From contig NW_003314322.1 of assembly GCF_000143415.4 (NCBI RefSeq), forward strand, positions 807,430 to 871,429: 64,000 nucleotides of DNA. The letters run 5' to 3'. Below are positions 13,400-25,549 of this stretch, piece after piece; the first letter of the stretch is position 1; every line of letters starts with the position of its first letter. This stretch comes from Selaginella moellendorffii (Eukaryota > Plantae > Lycopodiophyta). The position numbers were made by a program, and so were the translations under genes. The notes below the pieces were generated by a model, which was not told the origin of the DNA, did not search any database, and saw only the letters and a list, made by a program, of their open reading frames with translations.

Positions 13400-14068
13400 A
13401 TGGCGGCAGTGTTGGAGCGCTCGGCCTTCTGCGGCTCGTCCCTCGCGAGAGCACCAGTGGCAGCACGGGGCCTCCCGGCGTTGAGCATCCGCCTCACCGT
13501 CACAGCCAGTGGAGGCAAGAAGATCTCGACCAAAACACCTCTAGGTACGTGCAAACTTTAGCTCGTTTTTACATCCTCACTCTTCTTTCATTCCAACCTC
13601 ACAATCTCGATCCAAACAGGCCCTTCTGGAGACCTCACTTTCAAGTCGGGAGTGGACGCATCTGGTCGCGGAGCCAAGGTATTTGATAGTTTTTCTGCGG
13701 TGCGCTGAACCATCTCGGTTCTTGTTTATGAATCACAACAGGGGAAGGGCGTGTACCAATTCACGAAGAAATACGGGGCCAATGTGGACGGATACAGGTG
13801 AGCAAGGAAACGAGAAAATAACGGAGAGAAGTCTAACGAAGCTGGAAATTCTTGCAGTCCCATCTACACTCCAGACGAATGGTCGCCTTCGGGAGATGTT
13901 TACTCGGGTGGTAAGTGGAAGTTTGCTTCGTTTTTTTCCTTCGAGTTGTAAGGTTTTCTTGTTGGATTTCCAGGCCAGACGGGGCTGTTGCTATGGGCAA
14001 TAACGCTGGGAGGTGTGCTTCTGGCTGGAGTGTTCCTTGTCTACAGCACCAGCGCTCTCGCAAGCTAA
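13400..14068 (+). CDS. PSBR: Photosystem II 10 kDa polypeptide, 5 exons
   Basis: Transit peptide, then ASGGKKISTKTPLG / GVDASGRGAK / GKGVYQFTKKYGANVDGY / PIYTPDEWSPSGDVYSG / TGLLLWAITLGGVLLAGVFLVYSTSALAS*. Confidence 0.96.
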
Positions 14069-14248
14069 AGTCTTGTAAACATTATCCTGTGGATAAAAAG
14101 ATTTTACGTATTCGACGACAAGCAAATATCCCTAGGTAGCTAATCTGATCGCAAAACAAATATGACTCGAAATATGAAAAGAACAAAGTAAACATTTGTA
14201 AAGTCTGTTTTGTGTTCATCCAGAATTTGGTTTAATCACGCCATATGC

Positions 14249-15443
14249 TTAATAACTTATAAGCCTCCAAGTTTTCTCACCATCTTCGACACACGATTCA
14301 ATTACGATCGTTTGAAGCTCGCAATTCTCAAGCCTGTAATGAAGGTTTTCATACAGAAAACTATAGAACGGAGGAATTACCACCCAAGATCAGATGTAGA
14401 GCTTCCACTGATAGCTCTAAGAAACTCGTGCAAGAAGTAGGAATGAGAAACCACCGCCATCTCCTTCTCCTCTCGACTCATCAACCTGGCACGAACCAAG
14501 CTCCAAGGATTCAACTCCAAAAGATCGAGCGGGCGAATCATCTAGACAAGCTTGTTACCATTGGAAGAAAGCTTTGGCTCGCTCTTGCATTTCTTGGAGA
14601 GACTCCTCCACCCCGGGCCGCCACAGCACATCCTGATCGTGTTGGACGAGCGAGAAATCAATCCCTGGGAACTCCGCGCTGTAGGAGCTGATATCACGCC
14701 TGCGATGCGCGGCCGAATGAGCCTGGCGCGCGCGAGAGGACATTAGTAAACTCTGGAACGAAAAAGACGAGAGAGAGGCCCTCACAATGTGCTCTCGACA
14801 TAGCTCTTGCGCTACAAATGGTGGAGATTTTGTCGATGGCTTTGCTCTTGTGCAAGGATTCGTCTTCCCTTTCTTCATGAGGATCGGTTTTGCTTCACCA
14901 TTGTCGTCGTAAATCTCTCGCTCGCCAAACACCCCAGCGGCTGTTTGCAGTGTCCTGTTTGTTTTGAAAGGAAAAAGAAGTAAGAAAACTTTGATCGAAG
15001 GGAGCTTACCTTGTCATTGGAGAGACTACAACTAATCCGATTTTGCTAGCCAGTCCGCTCGCTACAACCATTTGACGACACTTCTCGACCTGATTGATTT
15101 AGAACGATAGAAACTTAGAACGAAGGAAAAAGGACAGGGTTTTTTCTTTTTTTCTTGTTTCCTATACCTGTAGCCAGCCCGTAGGAGTGAGACTGGCATC
15201 AAACCTGTAGGATGGAACGATGCGGGACAAGATGGATAGCCAAATGGAGCTCAAGAGTTGCAAGAGACGCCCAAGTTTGATAGTTCGCCATCCTCCAAAA
15301 AGAATCAAGCGCCGGAGCTCCGTGAGAGTTGTTCTCGCGAGGTTGTGGTAGCCTTGAGCGTGACGAATCTATAACGAGGAATGGAAACACGCGCTAGCAA
15401 ATTTTTCACAAACCAGGTGTATCGTTTTGTACTGAGTCGCCAT
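14249..15443 (-). CDS. Phosphoglycerate mutase-like (histidine phosphatase superfamily) protein
   Basis: MATQYKTIHL, a 45-nt intron, then IRHAQGYHN...FDASLTPTGWLQ / LVVVSPMTR / TLQTAAGVFG / ELCREH / FPGIDFSLV / EMAVVSHSYFL / LENCELQTIVI. Confidence 0.88.
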
Positions 15444-15935
15444 CTCTGGAGCTATAGGGTTACCTCAGGGTTATTAAGTCCTTTTCAATATGATGTTGTG
15501 GCAACTATTTTACCAGTATTTTCAAACCTAAGACCAACATTGCACAAACATTGCACAGAATGGGCATTGCACAAAAACGATGGCGTTTCGGCACGCTACA
15601 AAGGTATGGAGCTCTAGGAACGTGGTCATCAAAACCGCTGGAGAATCCTCGGGATTGAGTGGTCGCGCCGTCGCTCTCCAAGTCGAGCGGCATAATTTAA
15701 TCCCTCGTTTCGTTCTTCAACAGAACGAGCTCGGCGATGTCTATCTTACGTGCTGTTCGAGCGGTGAGTTGTGTCAGGGACAAACATCCGATCGACGAAA
15801 TCTCGAGGTAAGATATGAAATGGACTGATACGCTGTGGTCTTAACGATCTCGAGGTTGATGGTGGTTGCAAGAGCTACTTCTTGGCTGCTATATAAACTC
15901 GCCCCTTTGGAACACATCCGAAAAAGCATAGAAAA

Positions 15936-17751
15936 ATGCCTGCATTGAAGTTCTTCTTCGAGGCTCTCTTTCTGGCCGCGATTTTTATCCTCCAGGCTCT
16001 CTGCGAGCCTCAGGGTTCCAAGGGAGTCACCAGTCGATTCGTGAGAAAGCTCCAAGACTCTGGGGATTTGCCAGAGACGAGCGAATGGTTCATCACTTTC
16101 GACGCAACTTTGAACCTTCCCGAACAGGTAACTCCTCAAGCGAGCTTTTGTGTTAGTCTCGCGTTGATGATCTGATCATCTCTTCTTGGAAAGGTTCACT
16201 TGACGCAAGGAGATTACATTGGCCAAACAACGACGGTCTCGTGGGTAACTTGGGCCAGCTCCAGCGGCAACATCGTCCAGTATGGAAAGAGCAAAGACAG
16301 CTACACAAGCAGCATCCAAAGCGATGTCACAACGTACACATACGGCGACTACACATCTGGCTTTATCCACCATGCCAAATTGGAGGGACTCGATGTAAGC
16401 CTCGCAAAACTCCATCTTTGTTTGGTTGAATCTTGGAACGAACCTAAGCTTTTGTCTATAGTATGGGACCACCTATTTCTACAAGGTTGGAGATGGAAGC
16501 TCTTCTCGGGAATTCTCATTCACAACTCCTCCAGAAGTTGGTCCGGATGCTGCTCACGTTTTTGGGATCACAGGTAGCTTTAGTCGATTTCTAGAGCTCT
16601 AACCGAGATTTCTCCTCTTTTTCTTTCTTGAAGCTGATCTCGGACAGACTATAAACTCTGCTCAAACAGTCGCTCACTACACACGAAGTGGCGGCCAGAC
16701 GATGCTCTTCGTAGGAGACATGTCTTACGCTGATAGATACAAGAGCAACAGCCAAGTGAGATGGGATACATGGCTTCGCCTCCTGGAGAACAGCACCGCA
16801 TTCCAGTCGTGGATGTGGGTGGCGGGCGATCACGAGATCGAGGCCAAAAGCAACAGCGTAAGAACTTACGAGGCCAAACAATTTCCTCCATTTTCCTTCC
16901 ATCTGAAAGTTTCGATCTTGCCAGGGAGAGACCGAGAAGTTCAAAGCTTTCAACAAAAGATTTCCAGTGCCTTACCAAGCATCCGGGAGCACGTCGAGCT
17001 TGTATTACGCGTTCAAGAGAGCCTCGGCTCACTTCATCGCAATCTCATACTACGATGACTATTGTAAGCATGCAATTCCAATTCTTTTCCCAGCACTTGA
17101 AAACTCTAAACATGTTTGCCTATTTCCTGGATAGCCGAAGGTAGCACTCAGTACCAGTGGCTACAAACCGAGCTCTCAAAGGTGGATAGAAGCACGACGC
17201 CATGGCTGATTATCTTGGAGCACGTCCCATGGTACAATAGCAACACACACCACTACCAGCAGGGAGATGGAATGCGCTCCGTGCTCGAGCCTCTCATTGT
17301 TAATGCCAAGGCCGACATATTCTTTGCTGGTCACGTCCATGCCTACGAGCGCACGGTAGAAAAATGTGAACTATTTTCCCCTGAAGAAACTGTCGACATT
17401 TTTTCGCTTTTTCCAGTTTCGTGCTTCATCGCTCAATTGCTCTGGCGGCTGTAGCGATGAAAACGCTCCCGTTTACATCAACATTGGAGATGGTGGAAAC
17501 TCGGAAGGCCTGGTTGGAAGGTGAGTGATTGTTCTTTGGTTCTAAAGGTTTCTTTGTTTGCTCATCAAGATCATATATATAGTTTTGTGAGCCCCCAGCC
17601 GAGCTACTCTGCATTTCGGGAAGCAAGCTATGGATTTGCGACGCTGGACATCAGGAACAGGACCCATGCTTTGTACAATTGGCACCGAAACGACGATGGC
17701 GATGCCGTCGTAGCAGACTCTACATGGATTATCAATCGCGTCTCCTCGTAG
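15936..17751 (+). CDS. Purple acid phosphatase (secreted, high-molecular-weight type)
   Basis: Signal peptide; [101 protein letters not shown]. Confidence 0.94.
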
Positions 17752-17799
17752 TTTAAAATTCAAGCTGCTCAACCAGCAGACTAACTTACAGAATGTAAA

Positions 17800-18515
17800 T
17801 CAGGCCCAAACCCTGTTTCGCTTTATCAAGTCGGAGGTTTTGAGTTTGTCTATCTTGGCTGCGAGGATGAAATCATTTTCTGTGAGGCCACCTGCGCAAA
17901 AATCACAGGTTTCTTAGCGATCGACAAAAAGCAAGAAAAGAAATCCTGAGAAGGGAGACTACCAAGTGACTCCGTCCATATGTCGACTTTTGCTCTGTTT
18001 TTCCGATCGAGCGAGAGGCTGGGGAAGTAATTCTCGGCCTTGGCTACAGCGGCAATCCTCTGGAAGAGCTCCACTCCAGCGCTAAAACTCGCCAAGTTCC
18101 ATTCGCCCTGTAGCTTCAAGCAGCCATCCTCGTTTATGATCCTCCATCCCACCACCTATCCAATGGGAACCTTACAAAAGAGCAAAAAAAAGATTTGGCA
18201 TGCCTTGCGAAGAAATTCCTTGGCCTCTTTCTCGGTCATGGCTGTTGCACCACGGGGAAGCTCAGCGCAAGATTTCTGGGCAATCTCCACCGGGCGGGAG
18301 GGAACAAGGATGATGTGCTCGGTGCTGGCATTCCCAAGAACCTTGTCCCCAAATTTGCTCTCCAGCTCCTCCGGGAATGGATCCCTGGCTCCAAGTTCGA
18401 TGTCCTTCCCTGCTGCTGTGGCTCGGACGAGCATTACCTTGCGTGTACCACAGGCGGGAAGCTGGAATGAAGGCCAAGATGACGGCATTGCCACGCCAAG
18501 AAGAGCCATCGCCAT
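17800..18515 (-). CDS. RAF2: Chloroplast pterin-4a-carbinolamine dehydratase-like protein (Rubisco accumulation factor 2 type), 3 exons
   Basis: Transit peptide, then ELGARDPFPEELESKFGDKVLGNASTEHIILVP, VVGWRI, GVELFQRIAAVA, IWTESLGGLTENDFILAAKID..RVWA*. Confidence 0.88.
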
Positions 18516-19679
18516 GGCCTTCAATTTTCAACAAACACATTCTTAAATAGGATTTCATAATTATTTATTATTTCATATCCTGTTTATTCAGGTATAAACT
18601 TCTTTTTGTTATAATAGAAAACAATTAGCATGCATCTAAATATTATTTTGTTGTGCAGCATGGTTTTCTTTTTTATTTTAAATGCTAATCTTTTTTAGTT
18701 TTTAAAGCCATGAATTATTTATGAATATTTATTTTATTGCAAAAAATAATATTATAGTTGTTCACAGTTTATAATGACAAGATAATCTATATACTAGTCA
18801 CTTAGTGAGGGGTGAACACTTTGGTGGTACTTCTTCATTTGCCTCACTACCCAATAAGATGACAGAATGAGTGTTGTGATTTGGCCATGTCTATATTAAC
18901 TTCTATCATCGTTTAGTAATCTAGCTTAAGATATATGTCAAGTAGAAGCTGTCTTAATCTTTTTGTGCACTCCAATTGATACAAAATCTACAACCACATT
19001 TAAATAACTTCAACACCTTTTCACACTGGCATTGTACACAAACCAATTGGATTTACAGTGTAGTGAACCTCAAATTTGGAGTGGAGGTGATCATTTATAT
19101 ACCAAGAAACCAATTGCCAAAAGATCATTAAACAATTCTGTCGTCTGAAGATTATCTTAACAATAATTTCTTGTCCTTCCTATCAAGAGTTTTGAAGTAA
19201 AGTTTGCTACTGTTGTTGCTGAAGCAATATTAGAATATTGACGCAGGAAAAATAACAAGAGAAAGAAGCATGAAAGCATGAGTGCCTCATGGCTGCTCAG
19301 ACACTTGGTGTTTAAGAATGTTAATAAATTATAAACATATTTATAATTTATAAACACCATAAACACCATAAAGTTCATGATCACTTTCAGCTATAAATTA
19401 AGATGAAATGCTATTGAGAAGTTATTATTAGCCTAACTAAAAGAGAAGGTTCTATCTTATTTCTAAAAGACATTCTCAACTGTTATAATTCTAAGTAAAA
19501 ATAATTGTTAAATCTAAATAATTCCTGAAGTTACTAGACAAAAGAAATTGTCAATAACAAAGGAATTTAAGAATATCAGTAACAAACATCTTTTGAATAA
19601 AGAATTTAAAAAAAGTGTATTGTGATTTGCTCATTTTGCTATAATATAGACCCTACCCCTTGTAGTATGTTTTAAGAAA

Positions 19680-20310
19680 ATTACTAGGGCATTAAACATT
19701 TTTCTAGTTTATTTATTTATATTAATTTATGCAGCTGAAATCCAGAAGATACAAATTTTATAAATTCAAACGCTACAAATAGGATTTGTAGCATTTATCA
19801 TTTTTTCTTTTGATGATAAAGCTAAGCTTCTTCCTATTGTAGAAATACCATCTGGTCAAGGTATTAAATCTGAAATAACTTTACCAGATGAAATATATGG
19901 TAAAATATATATGAATATACAACTATGGCTTTATAGTCATGAAAGAGGTAACAGTTCTTAGCATTGTTTTTCTTATCCTACTGGAGATAATGGTAACACT
20001 ACTATAGCCATATTTGACTTACTTAGTTCTACTATAATATTAGGAATTTATAGTATTTATTATTGGGATAGAAACATACCTCCTATGATCATTTCAATAA
20101 TTAGCTCTATAATTTATAATACTTTATTAGAATTTCTGTTTAGAACACCTCCAAATAAAGCAGATTTACAACTTAATTGAGTTATATAGAGTTATATATT
20201 AAAAATTAATCAAAGTGGATTATATTAGGAAATTATATTAAATATTAGCTTGTATTAATGGTGATAGAAATTTAATTTATATATTATAAACAGTTAAGTT
20301 GTGTGGTGAC
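19680..20310 (+). pseudogene. Decayed, diverged paralogue of the AT-rich bulb-lectin gene at 39502
   Basis: Translates PIVEIPSGQGIKSEITLPDEIYGKIYMNIQLWLYSHERGNSS*HCFSYPTG, versus ATLPVGQGIVGRINLNDEIYGRITVYVQIWLYSRERGKSYRHCSVNPTG at 39660-39800. Upstream aaattgtcaataa.aaaggaatttaagaa is also shared (about 19545 vs 39383). Confidence 0.85.
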
Positions 20311-20319
20311 CAAATTTAT

Positions 20320-20605
20320 TAACCTTAGTTGACTTAATTATGAATTATCGTTTTATTCATATATGTTAAGGTTCTAGGTTAGTTGCTCTAACATCAGATA
20401 TTTATGTATTTATTGGTGGGAGAGATATACCCCCTTCCATAAGCTCTAGCTTTAGACCATCAAATAAGCTTAAATTTTTTAATGATTGTTATATTTAATT
20501 GAGTACATTCATTAACTCTACACTTTATTTAGTATTTTAGGTTATATACAAAAGCACAAATTTATCTATATTCTAATTGTAAATTAGAATTATATACTGA
20601 AAATG
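20320..20605 (+). pseudogene. Second partial relic of the same lectin-domain gene (middle part)
   Basis: tctagctttagaccatcaaat.agcttaa...ttgagtacatt...ctaa.tg.aaattagaattatata aligns with 39838-40145. Confidence 0.8.
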
Positions 20606-21139
20606 TGTTTTTTTATGAGACAAAGGTGCATTTTTCATTTATAGTATTTTCTAATTCAGGTAAAAAAAATTTGGGACATTAAAAAGTTATTAGTTGTTAA
20701 GTGTGGAGACATGTGGCCAAATATCAAATAAAACAAAAAGGTAAAAAAACCCTTCAAAAGAAAAAAAAAGGTCATTCTTCAAAGTTAAGGAGGAGAGGAT
20801 GGAGGTTCTTTAGTTATGTTTCCAGCGTCAACATGTAGATCACAACAGCATGATCCAAGGCTCAATAAGAGGCAAATCACCTTAAGAGAGAGCAAAGAGA
20901 ATAATGAAGGAGCAATTTTCTTAATGAGGATCAAAGGGAAACCTCCATTCCAGTGTTTAAGCTTTTATGATGTTCAAGCAAGAGAGAATGTTGAGATAAT
21001 ACATTGTTCTCCTTATGAAATCCAAATGGCACATGCCTTGCCACCTCCCTAATTCCTTAGGCTAGGTGGTCACTAGAGGGTTATTAGTCACAATCCTTGG
21101 TTTCTCCTCTTGTTATATATATTCAAAGTGATATATTTT

Positions 21140-21550
21140 TGTATGTAGGGATGGCATTGGTTCATGGACGATGCACATGCTGTTATGACCAACCTTGACA
21201 CTAGAGGCATGGCATACGTAAGAACAACCTAAAACATCCACACTCACATCTTAGATCACACCTCTCTCAATGATCTCAGCCTTATCCTTCACAAGTCCTT
21301 CATGGACATGGATTGGGAGTTCCAGGCCACTACAAAGGACTCATTGGATCCAGACTCAGTGCTTTATGAAGGAGAGCACATCAAGGCTGTGGGTGGTAGT
21401 GTTACTTTTGGGTGGCTCAAGGATCTCAATGTGAGCAGGAGAGGACTACTGCCTCAAGATCCCAGCCAAGCTTTTGTTTGAGAAGCAACAATTAAGCACA
21501 ACACCAGAGACCAGGAAGACATTTCCAGGGATTGAGTTTGTGGCAGTTAT
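21140..21550 (+). pseudogene. Decayed, internally deleted copy of the PP2C gene at 38260
   Basis: gggatggcattggttcatggacgatgcacatgc..ccttgacactagaggcatggcatacgt, cacaagtccttcatggacatggat, ggctcaaggatctcaatgtgagcagg and gggattgagtttgtgg are colinear with 38330-38945, with deletions. Confidence 0.9.
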
Positions 21551-22174
21551 ACAATATAACTATAGTCATAATTTACTTTTAATTAATTATAAAATTTTAA
21601 ATTTGAGTGCATTTTACTGTTCATAAAAGGGTAATTTCTTATTAATCTTTTAAAGGAAAGGCCAGAATGAAAATAAACTTTCATAATGAAATGTATTATT
21701 CTTAGAAAACATTAAGTTTCTTATGTATGACCCATAGATAAACAGTGTTAATAAAGGGTTAAATATAAAGTAGTAAAATTTGGTGGATAATAAAATATAT
21801 AAAACACATTCATTAGAATATACTATATCTATGGCATATCTGTCTCCAAAAATAACTAATCATTAATGCCAAAACCTAACTCCCTTTGTAAAATTCTATA
21901 GCTGGCTCTTTACTTAGTCAAAAGGCTAAAGATCTCCTTCTTAGGATAACCTACCAAAATCTCTTTATCAAACCTTGATTGATGAATATATATAATTGCT
22001 TTTGCTCTAGTATGTCTAGCTAATGCCTCCAGCTTGTTCCCAACCATCAATGACCCAAACTCCCACACAAGTAGCCTTTGATCTATGCATAACCTTTAAT
22101 GCATAAAGGTTGTTAGCTTGGATCATACTCACACCCAATGCAACAATGCTCTTTACATACTTTTACTCCACCAT

Positions 22175-24110
22175 TGTAGCATATTTGATCATGGGATGAA
22201 ATTTAATTATATTATCATTGTGAATCTTTAGAATCTTAGGGATAAATAGGGATAAAATAGCCACAAAGGGTTTTATTTTATCAAGTACTTACCCATTTTC
22301 TAGTTGGCTAAGAGAAGAGAGATATAGTGTGTATTAGAGTAAATAGTTTTATTTTCATTAATTAATAGCTAAATAATACAATAATTATACAAAATATAAT
22401 AAAATATTAACTTTAGCTATGATTAAAATCTAGTCTCTCATTTCACTATCTCAGCCACACCAGTGACTCACTCACAGCTGTGAGATGTATATGCCAAGCT
22501 GGATGGCACCATGGCTGCAGTAAGAACTCTCACTTGTCCACGAAGGCCAACTAGCACACATCATAGTTGTTGCTCTCGACACAGCCAGGTGCAAGCTTGT
22601 GACTTACAAGCAGTAACAACATAGCCTTGTCCAGCCTGAATATATGTTTAATATTTGAATTTATTTGGAATATACGATAATAAATATAATGCATATTTTA
22701 GAATTTAGTAACATTAAAAGTGTAAATATGAAATTAATTCAAACTTTGACCATCTTGTGCGTTGTTGATAGTTAGCACTTTTGATGTTAAATGTATAGGT
22801 TTAGGCTATGAATGCCTTCACTTGGGTTTTCTAAATATGACCAAATCCCCATTGGCACATTTGATTTTGTTTTCTAATGTTATAGTAATTTCTTTACTAT
22901 TTAAGGATGACTCACAGCTTTACAGAACACATTTATGGTGTTCAGGGTTTTTTTTTCTAGTTATAGCTTCTGCCTAGGTCTTCTTCTTCATTGGCACACA
23001 TTTCGAATTGGCCAGCCCCACCACCTGCCACCCCCCAACCTTCTCTACATGGATTGGATTTTGGATTTGCTGCCCCTGAGTTCTTCAGTTTCAAAAGGTA
23101 AGCGGCTGGATCACATGACTGGAAATCTCTTGTGGATGTCATAAGACCTAGAATTGGCACCACACTCATGATCACAATAGCGTCCAATGGGTACATATGT
23201 AGAGCTACTCACCTTTTCAAGCATTTCTGAGTGGTAAGAGAGTCTTTGATGCCTGCTTCATGCAACAGTATACGAAATCATGTTGCACCCTTCAAGCCTT
23301 TGTCCACAAATTGGAGCTCCAAACTAGTGTCAATAGTTCCTTAGGACAGCCAATATAGGCAGTTGGACAACCTTCAAAGGTCTCGTCTATATTGCTACCA
23401 GCAGCATGTTCTTTGTCCCTCCAAAAGTCTGTAGTGCTAGGTATCCATCGAGAACTCAAGCAGCTACATCGTGTCTAACATCTACTACAACTTTGTTAAC
23501 ACAAGTGACATCTAGCTTTCTCCACAATCAGCATCTTTGGCTTGGCTTTGTCACAACTGAGAAATTGGAGAGCACCTTTTGGTGGACACTCTTCCTAAGC
23601 ATTATAAAATATAGAAGCCAATTACTAATGGCAGTTGAACAAAAAAAAAATCTTGGGGACAGATGAAACCTCACACACCTCAAATGATATGCTCAGACCA
23701 GCAAAGCCACATGTATATTATGGACTGCCTAAAAAAATGAAAGATCTTACCTCACTTGAAAAAGAGTAGACATCTTTAGTAGTAGGCCTTGCATATGGAT
23801 CACGAGATAAGAGTTGACACATGTATGCCCCCACCTTGCCTAGTGGTCCATCTTTAGTAGGGAGCTAGCCATTGTGCAACTTCTCTATAATGGTGTGGCA
23901 TTTCAATACATTATACTCTCTTAGTGTAGTGCATGTGATCATGGGATAAGATTTGGATATACTATCACCATGGATCCTTGGAACCTTAGGGGATAAATGG
24001 GGATAAAATAACCACTAAGGGCTCTCTCATTAAGTAATTGCCATTTTTCTGGGAGAGAAATAAAGTGTATGGTATTAGAGTAAATGGCATGGGTTCAATT
24101 CCTATTGATT
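22175..24110. repeat. Two copies (about 22175-22360 and 23925-24110) of a ~190-bp dispersed repeat; the second interrupts kinase relic A
   Basis: tgtag..cat.tgatcatgggat.a.attt....atta..atc...gtg.atc.tt.gaa.cttagggataaat.gggataaaata.ccac.aaggg...gtattagagtaaat is shared by both copies. Confidence 0.7.
22449..22610. pseudogene. Scrambled fragments of the PQQ beta-propeller gene at 41249 (one forward, one inverted)
   Basis: 22449-22521 matches 41534-41603 in forward orientation. 22522-22608 (aagaactctc..gtccacgaaggcc..ttgctctcgacacagccaggtgcaagcttgtgact) is the reverse complement of about 41643-41739. Confidence 0.85.
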
Positions 24111-25440
24111 AATGGCTACTTAAAATATAATATACCCTTAAACAAGGTATATTCCTGCCTCTAAAATTTAAAATCATATGTATTAGGCATCCATGCGTAC
24201 GTCCTTCCTCTTGTGGAGCATCCCAGACGAAGGTAAGAGAAATAAAGTGTGCTACACCCAACCAAAGCTTGAAGATGATGACTTTGCGTGTGTAGAGATT
24301 GACTTTACTTGTGCCTGCTGCTCGAAGCTCCACTTCTTAAATAATGGTAAGAGAAATAAAGTGTGCTACACCCAACCAAAGCTTGAAGATGATGACTTTG
24401 AGTGTGTAGAGATTGACAACTAAAGCTTGAAGATGATGACTTTGAGTGTGTAGAGATTGATTTTACTTGTGTTTGCTGTTCCAAGCTCCACTTCTTAAAT
24501 AATGTAGATCCACATCCTACTATGTCAGAACTCACTTGTCCATTGGTGTTCGTGGCAAGGCAAAAGTTAGCCACCTTGATGATCAAATCCTCATTTAGCA
24601 TGATATTTTTGGGAGCCAAGTCACGATGGATAATTTTATGCTCATGGAGATGACACAACATTCTTACAATCTCCAACACTCACCATGACCTATGTGAAGA
24701 GAGAGTATGTTATTTCTTCTTGTTGCAAAAGTAGTCCATTAGCTTTTTTGGATAGTACTCCATCTGTATATAAAGCATGTGTTTTACACTTGTAGTGCCA
24801 AAAGAACCTATGATGTTAAAATTAGTGTTGCCATTGTTGCTAGAGCTATTTTTTCTTGTAGAAAGGGTGGAAGTGCAAGAGTCATAAACATGTTGCAGTA
24901 GCAAGCTTTTAAAGGCTATATCATCATTATTTTAGACTCCACCAAGCTGTTGGATTTGTCCTCCTCAAGTAACACCAAGTTCTCGATGGTTGTATTGTCA
25001 ATAAAAAGCTTCTTGAGAACCTTGTTCAGACCTTCTTTAGTTGACACCATTAGCAAACTACTATTGTTGGCATCACCACCATTTTCCTCCATGCTCACAC
25101 TCTGTGCTTTATCAGGGTTGTTATGTGGAGTCATAAATTCTTCCACCACCTTCTCAACCTGGGTAGTATGGTAGTAGATAACATTAATGTAGCAAGTTTG
25201 TGCCATGTAAATAATTTCTTTGCAACTCAAACACACATATAACATGTTAAAATAAGGTATTAACCCACAATATTACCTCAAAACATGGTCAATTTAAGAA
25301 CAAGTCTTGTTATTGTTCATAAAGATTTTTTTATCTATCCAAGAAACTTGTCTATTCAATAACTTATCCAATAAACTTGTCTATCCACTTTAGGTAGAAA
25401 CTTCTAGATGCTACAGAATACGCCTGAGTCTAGGAAAAAA
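23750..25440 (-). pseudogene. Decayed GCN2/eIF2-alpha-kinase-like domain, copy A (the only copy with C-lobe remnants)
   Basis: SGVFCSI*KFLPKVD, INVIYYHTTQVE, an acidic/Ser insert, LYIQMEYYPK, LHEHKIIHRDLAPKNIML..IKVANFCLA, TSKVNLYT.KVIIFKLW, QLLSRDPYARPT. The subdomain VIII-IX region is locally triplicated (24232-24503). Confidence 0.8.
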
Positions 25441-25449
25441 GAAAAAAGG

Positions 25450-25549
25450 NNNNNNNNNNNNNNNNNNNNNNNNNNNNNNNNNNNNNNNNNNNNNNNNNNN
25501 NNNNNNNNNNNNNNNNNNNNNNNNNNNNNNNNNNNNNNNNNNNNNNNNN
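25450..25549. other. Assembly gap (100 N)
   Basis: Run of N inside the tandem array. Confidence 1.

Noticed and set aside
15199-15390. Apparent loss of the catalytic RH motif in the PGM-like gene (ORF track shows IHLVPHRS)
   Set aside because: Wrong frame; the spliced frame reads KTIHL/IRHAQGYHN.
24232-24503. Short repeated blocks resembling a CRISPR-like array
   Set aside because: These are local tandem duplications of kinase subdomain VIII-IX sequence with no unique spacers, in a eukaryotic context.
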